Assembly: GCF_003334335.1 (NCBI RefSeq)
Contig: NZ_QOWQ01000095.1
Origin: Escherichia coli
GTDB lineage: Bacteria > Pseudomonadota > Gammaproteobacteria > Enterobacterales > Enterobacteriaceae
DNA length: 1,955 nt
Direction: 5' to 3' (one strand)
Every line of letters begins with the position of its first letter. The first letter of the stretch is position 1. The position numbers and the translations under genes were made by a program. Of the stretch, positions 1-1,955 are shown piece by piece. The notes beneath the pieces were generated by a model. The model searched no databases. It worked only from the letters and a program-made list of their open reading frames with translations, and was not told where the DNA came from.

Positions 1-1
1 G

Positions 2-1955
<1,954 letters not shown>

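Overview
The window is almost exactly one complete IS21-family insertion sequence, read on the minus strand. It has the canonical two-gene layout: istA (DDE transposase, 340 aa) followed by istB (AAA+ ATP-binding helper, about 259 aa), joined by an overlapping stop/start and bounded by imperfect terminal inverted repeats that begin 5'-TGTCA. From recollection, not a search, the length (about 1954 bp), protein sizes and IstA N-terminus match IS100 of Yersinia pestis and enterobacterial plasmids. There is essentially no flanking DNA, so target-site duplications and the insertion context cannot be assessed. I see no support for a novel biological system; the points worth a second look are regulatory details of the element itself. 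All plus-strand ORFs in the track are antisense shadows of istA/istB.
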